Positions 11,879 to 23,350 of a stretch of 64,000 nt of DNA are shown piece after piece. Position numbers and translations under genes: made by a program. A model generated the notes under the pieces. It ran no database searches, was not told where the DNA came from, and worked only from the letters and a program-made list of their open reading frames with translations. The stretch's first letter is position 1; each line of letters begins with the position of its first letter. The DNA is from Tubiluchus corallicola (Eukaryota; Animalia; Priapulida), in NCBI GenBank assembly GCA_030141605.1, contig JAQGDQ010000242.1, positions 124,001 through 188,000 on the forward strand. Reading direction: 5' to 3'.

Positions 11879-13419
11879 TATAACCAATGCATTGCACTAG
11901 TGTTGACATATTAAATACCTGTGTGCATCATCTAATTAACTCGCCTTAATTACTTACTTACCTCACGTCATTGCATCATCAATTAATTTACCTTCTCGTT
12001 CACGTCTTCTGCTCCTACGCCATATTGTTTAACTGATTAGAACTTTCTGCACTAACATTCCATCCATACCAACTGCTCGAACCTTTGACTTATTTAAAAT
12101 ATATTATACTGTACTGCACTTTTCTCTACACCCCCCCCCCCTCCCAACATACTGCCCCTCGGGTGCGCGTTACCCTCATCGAACTTGCACTTAGCTGACA
12201 CAGAAGCCAGCAAGAATTGATCAGGACGTACCATAATCACCCGGTTATGTCTGGAGACTTTAGATGTAATCCAGTTATCTGCTAATTTATCCCTAAGAAT
12301 TGAATTAATGTATTTGACCAAATCAGTAATTACTGGGGTACTGATTGCCTGGGTGGTACCAAAATGCTGTACTAGTAACTAGGAAACCGCATAGCAATGG
12401 TATAATAGTATCTACAGCAGCTGCCGAAATTAATTTCATTGTTACAGTAACGGGATTTCAAGTTAGCCCTCAAGAGTTTTTAATGCAAATTTCACTACAT
12501 TCTAAAGGCTTATTCACATTCATCAGCAATTGGCGTGCGGAATTTGTGTTTTATACGGCAATGCACAGATCTTTTGTTGATTTTTTTATTAAGACGAACC
12601 TCCCAGGTGTTTCGCACATTCTGGATGAATACCGACACGCCCTAGTAAGTAAGTAAGTATCTTTATTTATCACCTTTTTTACAAGAAAAACACAGAGCAT
12701 GAAATGATAATATGATACAAAGTGACAAGATTATTAAATGAATAAATTATCTGAGTTAATGATGATCAAGTGATTGGTGAAAGGGTGGCGAAAAACTGAA
12801 AGTTACCAAAGTCAACCACCCTGTAAGGAATGTTGCTATTAGTAATATGCGCAGTTATCTTGACGAAGATTTCAGAATAAGGTGTGTAAAACTATTGAGA
12901 TTAAGTTTAAATTTGAACATAAAAACTATAAAACTAAGAAAAACTATAATTTTCATTAGCACAAAAAATGCTCGCTTGGCGGCGACAGCATCGCAATCTT
13001 TTTCCTAGAAATCACGAAAAATCTCCTCCTTCAGGACGGGCATAATTCAGTCAAAGCTTTTAGCGTTTTCATAGTGAAGCAGGCAGTGACAAATAACGCG
13101 CTGACTGACGCACATTCAAACAATAATGCCTGCAAAGAAATTTCACACATATGACAGCTCTATCCTGAATAAATTACTAGATGATTGAAAACAAAAAAGC
13201 CTCAGTTATGGTAATGAATGCACGCATAACATTACTATGAATTCAAACTTAGTCAAAACTGACAAAGGGTCTAGACGTCATCCCAAATGACAAGAAAAAT
13301 CTGGCAAGGAAAATGGAAATATCTGGTACAAACATTAGAACTAAGTAAAAACAATCAAGCGCTTAAAGCCAAATCATGGCATCTTCAACAACACTTTCAA
13401 TCACAGGAACCATGCTGAC

Positions 13420-13544
13420 CTTCCAATGTAAATTTTGAAGCTGGCTGTCACGCGAGAAACGCAGATTTTTGATAATGTTGGTGAGCATATGTAATCTGAA
13501 ATCCCCATTCAGCTTGTGGTGTGTTAGCCTAATGTTCACTAAGC
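13420..13544 (-). CDS. Candidate coding exon (LVNIRLTHHKLNGDFRLHMLTNIIKNLRFSRDSQLQNLHWK)
   Basis: ttgtgcag / gtcagc, open, phase 1 to 0. Compatible with the phase-1 donors at both 23233 and 17965. Confidence 0.5.
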
Positions 13545-13618
13545 CTGCACAAATCATAAAAATAGTTTAATTTGCATTAAGAGAAATGCCAGTAGATTTA
13601 TTAATAACCAAGCTTTAA

Positions 13619-14230
13619 AAGAAGACCAGACGATTTTTCATATACTACCCCATCTTCAAGTCTGATAAAAAGTCTGATTTAACACAATTAATATTGGAAA
13701 ACCATTTCTGATAATTAAATAACAGATTAAAACTTAATTAACGACAGACAAGTTCAACTATTGACGTCATCACAAACAAACTTAATTTCCTACAACAAAA
13801 ATATTCCACGAGCGTGTTGCATGTGATTGTGAAGGAGAAAGTTGAAGTACAGTGCTACTGTAGATATTCAGTGAGTTGTACTAAATCTAGGCAAATTTAA
13901 AAAAAAATCTAATTTCAAATTTACGGCTGTGCTCAAGCATGAGCTGTTGAATGTGTGTACTTCATCACTAATGAACACGTCTGAACTGCAAGGTACAGCA
14001 CCAGTTTTTTGTGCGAAGCATTTTCGAAATGCATTCGCTAGTGCCTGTCTAACCAGCGAATGGCAAAATGCATGCAACAGCGAATCTTGAACTGGCGCGA
14101 ACATAAATTGTGTTGGTGTGGTAATAATCCTTTCATGTAAGTCATTTTTGAAACAATAGTATGTTTCCTTTCAATATTTTAAAGAGAAGATGGTTTTCAC
14201 CCACAGTTTAAGATTGGGTTCGGTTTCGTT
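13619..14230. mobile_element. MITE family A copy
   Basis: Reverse-complement homology to 14617-15192, 55212-55829 and 58180-58742; termini are degenerate. Confidence 0.7.
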
Positions 14231-14616
14231 TTGACAAGCTGTTTTTAAGGACGAAAGCATTTACTTTTTTGATATAAACTTTATAATTTCTTCAATTACC
14301 AATTGAGGTAAAAAAACAGGAATAAAAAATAACAACTTAAATAAACGAGAGGAATAATTTAATGTGGAATTTATTCAAATCCGCAATTGACGTTAATAAA
14401 TGAATAAATGACTTTCATTGTGCCATTTTAACTGTATTTGCATGATAACTTTTGACTAACACGAAATTTCGCTTTTTATTATCGCCTGCTAACAGAGTTG
14501 CGAATAATCAATAATCACTGAAATCACAACCATGCATATCAACATCACTATTGTAAAATTGTTAAGAAATTGTAAATTTTTTATTTTAAATAAACTGTTA
14601 AATTATTACAATTTAA

Positions 14617-15192
14617 AGGAAAAACAGACTCGATATTAAGCTATACTTCAAAACAGTCTGGTCTACAAAATATTAAAAGTGAACATATTATTTTTTAAAG
14701 AATGACTTAACGAATTGTTACCTCAGAAATGTAATTTCTCATGAATTTCGCTATTTGCCAGTTAAATGCCACTAGCGCCTGCATCTCGAAAATGCGTTGC
14801 ACAAAATCAGGTGCTGTACCTCTCAATTCAGTTGTGATGCCGTGTGCACACTTGACAGCTCATGTGTGAACAAAGTGGTAAACTTGAAATTTAAATGTTT
14901 ATAAACTTAAAAATTTGCACAGATTTGTGTATCACACCGAGCTTTACGCAGTTGCACCATAGTTCAATTTCCACTTTCGCAAACATGTGCGACACGCTCG
15001 TGGAATGTTCATGCTGATGAAAATTATGTTAGTTTGTGATGTCATCAAAAGTTGGGCTCGTCCTTCGTTAATTAAGTTATAAGCTACTAATGGTGTTACT
15101 ACAGGTGTTAAAATGTATACTTTTTACCATACTTCAAAACTGGAAAGTATATGACAAGGTAAGATGGGACACAGAAATCATCTTGTTTTCCT
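14617..15192. mobile_element. MITE family A copy (TTAA TSD, TIR AGGAAAA(A)CA)
   Basis: ttaa|aggaaaaacaga ... tcttgttttcct|ttaa. Confidence 0.8.
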
Positions 15193-16203
15193 TTAAACAT
15201 GTAGAATGTCACTAGAAGTCATCATTCGTCGGATTAATCGTAATGTTAACAGAGGTCGTTTTTCAATTTGCTCTGTGAAAGACATCGAATCATCATCTTC
15301 AGAAAACTTCTTGCTATGCCACCATTCAACTGAGCAGGCAATCCCTTTCCCGTATAAAATAAGATCAGAGCAATAAATAACACGGTACACATTGAATTAC
15401 CCTCGCTCATAATAGCACAAATAACCAAAATATCGACCGGCATCTGCTGGGCGGATTTTAGCATCTTCAGAGGATGAGGAAGAAGCAGAAGCACGTGTAA
15501 CTCCAGGGTTAGGATTGTTGGCTTCAGATTGGATTGTCCTGAAGTAGATGAGAATTGTCAGACAAAGCTCCTGGGCATCCGGATTGAGAACGCGTCGGCT
15601 TTTGTCGATCAAATCGAATTTGTTGTTAGTAAGTTGACATTGAGGAGACGTACAAATTCCCTAAACTGTTTAATCTTTCGCAATGCTGGTTTTAAAATAA
15701 TTTAGCCGAATCACAATTATCTCTTAAAATGAAGATTATAACTTAATACATAACAAAGATGGGAAATTATTTTTACACAACACCATTCATATATTATTCT
15801 CAATAAAATCATCTTAAGCAAGCTCGACAAAACAAAAATAAGATGTTTTTATTGAGAGTATTCTGTGTAAATTATGGAAAAAATTAACTTAGCACTCAAA
15901 AAAGTAACAGATCTAGCAATCTAGAATTACACCCACAGATACTTCTACGTTGCAAAAACAGTCGTCCTGTAGTCCTGTATTCTCCAACAGTTGACTAACA
16001 TTGATATAATATAATAATTAATCTTAGTAGAGTGTGTATATTCTCTTAACTATCAGCTGTCATTTTTTTCTAAATGAAATCCAATGCAGACTTCGGAAAA
16101 TTGGAACTACTTCCAATGTTAATGCTAGAAAAAGAACCAATTAGAAAAACACTCGATTTAATGTGCAATGCTAGAGGACCCAAGCTCCACACGATGTCAT
16201 TTA

Positions 16204-16393
16204 CTCACTATGGGCAAGTTTATTTTGACATTTTTGACCGTTTGCCTTGACTCATTATGGGCAAGTTTATTTTGACATTTTTGACCATTGACCTTGACTC
16301 ATTATGGGCAAGTTTATTTTGACATTTTTTGACCGTTGACCTTGACTCATTATGGGCAAGTTTATTTTGACATTTTTGATCTTTTGACCTTGC
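16204..16393. repeat. 47-48-bp tandem repeat, 4 copies (tgaccttga-containing), followed by an (ATC/GTC)n microsatellite to about 16580
   Basis: Unit ctcattatgggcaagtttattttgacatttttgaccgttgaccttga at 16204, 16251, 16298 and 16346. Confidence 0.92.
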
Positions 16394-16929
16394 CCTTTAA
16401 CCTTCTTAAGCCATTACTGTTACTATTATCATCATCATCACTATTAATATCATCATCGTCGTCGTCATCGTTATCGTCATAATCATCATTATCATCATCA
16501 TCATCATCGCCATAATGGTGATCATCATCATAATCGCCGTCATCGTCCCTCTCCTTTTCCTTCTCTTCCTCATCATTGTCAATATATTGATGAGGTTTGG
16601 TGATTGTAGTTTAAAACTGGGACTTCAAGTTACAGTTGTTCAAACTTCTCCCAATTACCTGACTAGAGCCGGGGGACTGAATGAAAAAACTCAATGGCAT
16701 TAAACTGGAATGAAAAAGTCAAGACTGCGGCTGAGACTTAAACAAAACAACCACGCGAGACCCTCGCTAGAAATTCAGCGTTTAATGCTTATGATTCGTT
16801 AGGCAAGTAACCCTATAAATCAGAGCAAACAGCAAACCGTTTCCGCTTAAACGTTTCCGTCGCTACAAACAGTAACTGAAACAAATTTCAAACCCTGTCA
16901 AATTAAACCAGACGTCACACAAGCGTTAA

Positions 16930-17420
16930 AGGGAAGAAAAGGGAATTTCAAAGTATGCCACAAAAAAAATTCCACACAAAATTGTATTATTTAGCATTAC
17001 GCTTAGCTGTTGAAAGACGTAATTTGAAAAGAAAATTCTTAATAATTTAAAATATTCGCGCTATCTGGTAAAACAGCACTGCATTGGATGCATCGCATCG
17101 CCATACCAGTGTGCACCACTTGTTCACCAAAAACACATTATTGATCTTACTGACAATATAAAATAATTTATAGTTTGCTTAGTTACGTGAAGTGTGCGCT
17201 GCGAATGCTCTGTTTATTTTTTCAAACTTTACTCAATATTACCTAAACTTGTTTCAAACAACTCATCGTTAAAATGGCTGCGTCGTCGCGGGAATTTAAA
17301 TTTACAAGTTTTTTACAGCATTACTGCTAATGCAAGTCCTGTATGTAATAAGATAGCAAGTAAATGATTCAAAATTTCAAGACCAATTTTTAAGCTTTAT
17401 TTATGAAGGGTGTTTCCTGA
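16930..17420. mobile_element. TTAA-flanked MITE family B copy (others at about 18605-19045, 24770-25109 inverted, 45780-46165)
   Basis: Starts ttaa|agggaagaaaagggaatttcaaagta. The core gcactgcatcgcc..ccagtgtgcaccact..ttcaccaaaaa occurs at four loci. The right boundary is approximate. Confidence 0.7.
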
Positions 17421-17964
17421 TGTGTAGCAGTAAACGCAAACTAGTGGCATAATTTAGTAAAAGACAACGAAAAGTTTAATAAAATCACACAAAAAAATGA
17501 AAAGAAACATCAAATTTCATCTGACTACTGAAAACCATCTCCAGGTTACTGAAAGAAAACATATCTATAACAATGATAATGATTTTTTATTTTACACAGC
17601 ACAGAAAAGCCCACAGCACAAAACTTCTCTGCGATATTTTCTATACTATGGACTTGGGGTTTTGCTTTATAGCTAATAAGTGTACTACGTTATCGTTATA
17701 AAACAAAAAAAGTTTTTTAACTGTAGCTACTGTAACAAAAGCGCCCTGATTCCTAGAAGCTAACTCTTTCGCATGTAAAAAATGGTATTTACAATTTTTT
17801 TGCATATTTTTATTTGATATCCTTTCATCGGGAGATATTTTGTAGCCGTAGACGTAAACATGTCTTTTATTTCTACATATCTTGTCCACTCAGCCACGAA
17901 TCCCGCCAAAGGGTGTGAGTAAACCATTTTCCTATTAATCAACTAAAACACATTTGATACTCAC

Positions 17965-18019
17965 TGGCCATAAGAGATTTGAAAACAGTTAATGAAGACG
18001 CTCTGCAGAAGTTTTCTGT
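17965..18019 (-). other. Candidate small exon ending ATG GCC A|gtgagt (possible start of a short isoform)
   Basis: ctaac branch point and tttcag acceptor. An upstream AG|gtgagt donor lies at 18125/18124. Confidence 0.4.
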
Positions 18020-18394
18020 CTGAAAGTGAGTTAGCTAAACGCTAAACGTAGTCTCATTCTATCCTGCATCCATTGAAATGACACAACTAATGAGTTTTTG
18101 TCTGTCAACAGTTTGCCTACTCACCTAATTGCCATTGAACACGTAGCGCGTCTACGATTAACAACAAAAATCTCGCACGGCAATGCTTAAGACGGCTAAG
18201 ACTATGACCTTGCCTGTTTCTCACTATACCAGCTATTTGCCTTAAAATTTGATTATTTAATACAAAGAACAAACACATTTTGAACAGACCAATATTTTTA
18301 CAATTAAATTTCAAAAACTAATACATTGAAAAAAGTCTTGCTTACTAAATATGTTTATCAAACATTACGATCACAAACTCAGTACAAGAACCAG

Positions 18395-18490
18395 GGGCCG
18401 GTTTCACTAAGTTAACAATGTCGTTATTACATTCATTTAACTATTAATAACGACATCGTTAAGTTAGTGACAGCCGTGTGAAACTGGGCC
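18395..18490. mobile_element. Tiny palindromic PIF/Harbinger-like MITE
   Basis: gggccggtttcac ... gtgaaactgggcc, flanked by CAG, with an internal inverted repeat. Confidence 0.6.
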
Positions 18491-19100
18491 CAGAATTCAG
18501 TTTCGAGTTTTAAGATGCTAAGGAAATTTTTTGAATAAATTTGAAAAACAGTGGTAAAACAGGATACAGAGCAGAACACGGTAAGTAAACCACTTCCCTA
18601 ATAAAAGGGAAGAAAAGCAATTTTAAAGCATGTCCCGAAAAAAAGTTCTATACAAAGTTATATTACCTTGCATTACAATTACCTGTTTGAAATACTTATG
18701 TAATTGAAAAACAATTATTAATAATTTATCGCATCCCCTAGTAAAACGGCACTGCATCGCCACTCCACTGTGCACCACCAATTCACCAAAAAACATATCT
18801 TATTGACAATATAAAGTAATTTAAACTTTTGCTAAGTTAGTGTCGAATGTGCTACAAATGCTGTGACTATTTGTTCAAACTTTACGTAGTGTTATCTACA
18901 CTTGTTTCAAACGACCTAACATCAAAAACGGCTGCGCCTAACGGTTCTAGCGGGCGATTAAATTTACAGCGATGCTGCTAATAAAAGCTCTGTATGCAAT
19001 AAGGCAGTTGTGCAGGTGATGCACAATTTTAAATTTTAGCTTTATGCAAGTAGAATTTGGATGGTCTTTAACAATTTCACTACTAAACTGGCAACAATAA

Positions 19101-19460
19101 ATTCAAGTAAACCAATTCCTAATTGAACCAAAAACAACAGATTCAAGTACACCATTCCCTACTGAACCAGATACAATAGATTCAAGTAAACCAATTCCCT
19201 ATTGAACCAGACACAACAGATTCAAGTAAACCAATTCCTAATTGAACCAAAAACAACAGATTCAAGTACACCATTCCTTACTGAACCAGATACAATAGAT
19301 CCAAGTAAACCAATTCCCAAATGAACCAGAAACAACAGATTCAAGTAAACCATTCCCTAATGAACCAGACACAACAGATTCAAGTAAACCTATTCCTTTT
19401 TGAACTACATACAATAGGTTCGAGTAAACCATTTTCCTGTTAAACTACCTACAACAGACT
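19101..19460. repeat. 39-40-bp minisatellite, about 9 units, decaying to the right
   Basis: Unit attcaagtaaaccaattcc...tgaaccag.acaacag. Confidence 0.92.
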
Positions 19461-20219
19461 TGAATTAACATTTTTCTATTGTACAAGGTTCGTCGGTAGT
19501 ATATGTTTGAGTAAACCACTTTTGTGCTTAATATGCTGCAACCAATTTTGGTAAACCATTTCCATACACGTAGGCTATAACGGATATGAAAACACCACTT
19601 CCCTGTCAGACCAGTCACATAAATTTTTTTAACACAAACTCAAATCAGAACATTAAACAAATTCAGTCTACAATGAACGCTACACAATAGACGCATACAA
19701 GGACGCGCTGATCACTGATTTCACTCAAAAACCACGGCTGCATTCTACTTCAAATGCGAGCTCTTCATTACAATTGCGAAAACAAACCGCCAGGTGGCAC
19801 TACCACTTTACTAACACACTGACTGTGACAAAACCGAGGTGTTCACGTTACTTTTGACCGGTAACACCCAAGGCACGCAGTAGTCAGCTTACTCGCACTG
19901 ATTCATCACATGTTGCAATAATTCTCTAACTAAGTAAATCACACTGGTATTTAGTTAGCGCGCGTGGACAGCGAGTCAGGACTTTGAGCAGTCAAGAAGC
20001 CATGCAGCAGGAGCAGGGTGCAAAGGACAAAAGCCACTGAGACCTGATCAATATCGGCACAGTTACATCGGTTTTGTTTCAAGTGCCGTTGGGAGGTCCA
20101 AGCTCTTGATTAGGCTTTGCAACTAGCATTTATAGAGCTCTCATGACAAACAAGCTAGCTTGCTGTCTGGCATTGTAAGTGAGACGAACACTAGTTGTTT
20201 AACGTTCTTTTTATTTTAA

Positions 20220-21287
20220 AGGAAAACATGGTATTTTCTCGAATCCCACCCCTCTTTAAAATATTGTAAAAAAAACGTATGTTTCAACACTTTTCGAATC
20301 CCACCCCTCTTAAAAATATTGTAAAAACATACATTACAACACCTATAATAATACCAAAGAGTTTCAGATAATTAAATAGTAAGTTAGAAACTTAATTAAC
20401 AAGTGAACTCACTGAACATAATTGTCAACAATACAAATACTTTAGGAACGTGTTGCAAATGTTTGACAAAGCGAAAATTGAAGTACAGTGCTACTTTGCA
20501 ACATTCCATGTGACGTACGCAAAAACTCCGAAAATACTTTAAAAAAAAATTAATTTTTAGGTTTGGACTACATCACAACTGAGCGCTTCTCAAGTGAGAG
20601 GTTCATGACTTTTTTGTGCGATGTGTCTACGAGATGCAGGTGCTAATGCCCATCTTAACTAGCGAACGGCAAAATGCATGTAACAGACCTGGCCACGCGA
20701 ATTAGAAATAACGTTTCAGCCGTACTTTCAGATAAGTTATTCTTAAAATTCGCCGAAGTAAGAAGTAGTAAATTAATTTGTCACGTGTTAGGTGTGCCCG
20801 GTTGTCTCCTCTGTCGTACATTGCCCTGTTGGTTGCTACGGCTCATTAATGTAAATTCTAATGCTTATTCTACTGCAAATCTAATACTTATATCCTTTTA
20901 TTCTCTATTATTTCACCATCTTTGTCACCACATCTTCACATTCATAACCTTTCGTGATATTCTTCTTTTATTTTGCTCCTCCCGCACCCCTTTGTTCCAC
21001 ATCGCTTATTCAGATCAGATTTTACAAGTGTTACTTTTGATCTGAGCTGATAATTTGTCTTGCTCATTGTAAATTGTAAGGCTATATTTAATTTAAGATC
21101 ATTTCTGATGTTTTTACATTGTACATTTTGTATAACATATTGTCATTTTTGTGTTGACTAGCTTTGGAATGAATAGCTTTGGAACTAAAGTAAATTAAAC
21201 TAAACTAGAGATATAGTATGTTCCCTTTCAATATCGTATAGATTAGATTCTTCTGAGCAATTGTGTAAGATTGAATCTGGCTTTCCT
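20220..21287. mobile_element. MITE family A copy interrupted by a ~500-bp insert (about 20700-21205)
   Basis: ttaa|aggaaaaca ... ctttcct|ttaa. The insert ends in a (taaac)n tail like a retroelement 3' end. There is also an internal duplication near 20236-20330. Confidence 0.7.
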
Positions 21288-23232
21288 TTAACGTAGTTTA
21301 GCACACTGCAAGCCGTTATCTGGCTCTCAAAGCCAGGGCAAAGCAAGTTATGCTGATGGTTGCAGCAGTACTGGTACCTATGTCAGTATCAAGATGATCC
21401 TCTGAGATAGATCCATTTACTAGCAAATGTTTAACTTTAGACAACCAGAAGAAATCAGTGCACATCTGCCTTAAACACGTTGCAACTGTTAAAGGTGTAG
21501 GCATTCTTTTACTTCGTACTGTCCATATTTAAATCCATTAAGAATTCACCAAAACTGCCTGCTGATAGAACAACTTACACGAATCAAATGCTCAATTATT
21601 CATGGCTGTAGTATTTTAATTTATTTAACAAATTACCCACAATAAATCATGTAATAAAAGATTTAGACGATTTTGATGGAGAATATTTTGCCCTGGAATA
21701 TTTTTACCTTGTTTCAGTAAAACGCTTGCCATATTTCATGCTGTTTTGAAATAATCCTTTACCTAAATGTTGCGTGTTTATTGCCCGAGTTGAACAGCAT
21801 CCGCACTGCTATATTTGCGCAGAGCAATAACAATAACAACAAATAATCATCAGAACATTAAGTAACATTGCCTAATTTAATTAAGCTGATGTAGAGTAGT
21901 AAATACCTTAGTAGTAATGCAGTAATAATGATAATATTATTCAGAGTTAAAGCCAGAAAAATCTTGTGCTTTGATGCAATAAAATGAAGTTCAATACGTT
22001 GAGTACGTTGGTAAAATTGCCTTATTGCAATTTCCTTCCTTGCCTTGTCAGCTTGCATGCACATTGGGGCACTTGATGTTTAACGGGGGAAACACTTAAT
22101 GGAATTGATACAGTGAAATTGCAAGCCGTTATGAATATGATATTATGCGTAATATTGATGCTGGAATCAGATGAAATGCTTATAGCCAAGACTGCTTCGA
22201 TGGTGGATCCAGAAAAGGTTGTTCAGCATAATGAGGTCCAAAAACATTAACAGCTCTGAGTGAAATGCTTGTTCCAAGAAATCATATTAATAAACTTCAA
22301 AATGGTAAGCAAAAATGCCCAAATTTATGTTTAACAACAAAATAAAATGAACGTTACTTTGACCTGTTGACTTTCAATTTCATGAAAGGCATGGAACCAC
22401 CCAATGTCCAATATACATATGTTTGCCAATAGTCAATATGATCAGCTATATTGGATAGTGTAGCTCACTACGTTCAAGACAGAGACGATGGTAAGTTTCT
22501 TACTTGCTACTAATTGTGTAGTATTTATCAACAAGTATAGCCTATAAGATGGAAGGAATATCTATATTCATAATCTAGGTATATCTAGAATATAAACACC
22601 ACAAATGTATGCAAACTCACATATGGCTCTACTCTCATCTCCAATAATCGTTCATTATTTCAAACTTTTTAGTTTGTACGATCCAAATGCATTCGATTCC
22701 AATTGGGACAGGTACATGTTTTGTTATTTAATGGTATTGTGTAACGCAGAAATACTTTTTAATGGTAGGAACTGACAATATGAAATACACCTTGAGTTTT
22801 TTTACTAGAAATTCTACTTAACATTGAACACACAAGTTTTCTTATCACTGTGTCATTAGTAGTTTTTTGTGAGTTTTTCCATTTCGTTTTTTTGTACTCT
22901 GTATAGTAGGTGACTGTGTTATCATCATTACAAAAGTCAAAAAATAACATTTAATAATCTTTTGCATTTTTGTTTCTTTTACCTGTTACGTAGGAAAGCA
23001 GCTCACGGGATGAACTGAAATTTCGAGTCTTTCATGTCTTTATTGTGGAAGAATTTATTCAAAGTAAGCGCCCACTAAGCTTTGCTTAAGTGGCATTTAT
23101 GTAACTTGCAGATGCGCATCATGGAACTCGCATGTCATCAAAAATTACCTTCTGGAATCAATGCGCAACATTAGAATAGGTCATTGACAAATGCACTTTC
23201 AACCAAGAAGCAGTCAGCTCTTTCGTACTTAC

Positions 23233-23350
23233 TTTGCTCTTGTATCTTTTCTTTTTCGTTCTCCTTTTTCGTTTCATGCTTCAAGATGTCCGCTGTAAGG
23301 ATGACTTCGTCCAACTTTGGCCTTTTCAGGTTGAGGTCATTGAGTAAATT
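23233..23350 (-). CDS. DMD: Dystrophin exon (about human exon 52; NLLNDLNLKRPKLDEVILTADILK...)
   Basis: ttctag / gtaagt, 118 nt, phase 0 to 1; absent from the ORF track. Confidence 0.9.

Noticed and set aside
12094-12656. ORFs of 75 and 103 aa, possibly a LINE ORF1 relic
   Set aside because: Too degenerate to assign by eye.
16515-16703. Signal-peptide-like ORF MVIIIIIAVIVPLL...
   Set aside because: The hydrophobic run comes from the (ATC)n microsatellite.
21378-21504. ATG-initiated minus-strand frame ending at a phase-1 donor (MPTPLTVATC...DTDI), and a similar MASVLLKQ mini-exon near 21708-21732
   Set aside because: Phase-compatible with the intron, but such short ATG-to-GT matches are expected by chance and have no independent support.
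23005-23075. Possible small exon WALTLNKFFHNKDMKDSKFQFI just after the exon-52 equivalent
   Set aside because: Its phase is incompatible with the phase-1 donor at 23233 and it does not resemble dystrophin repeats 20-21.
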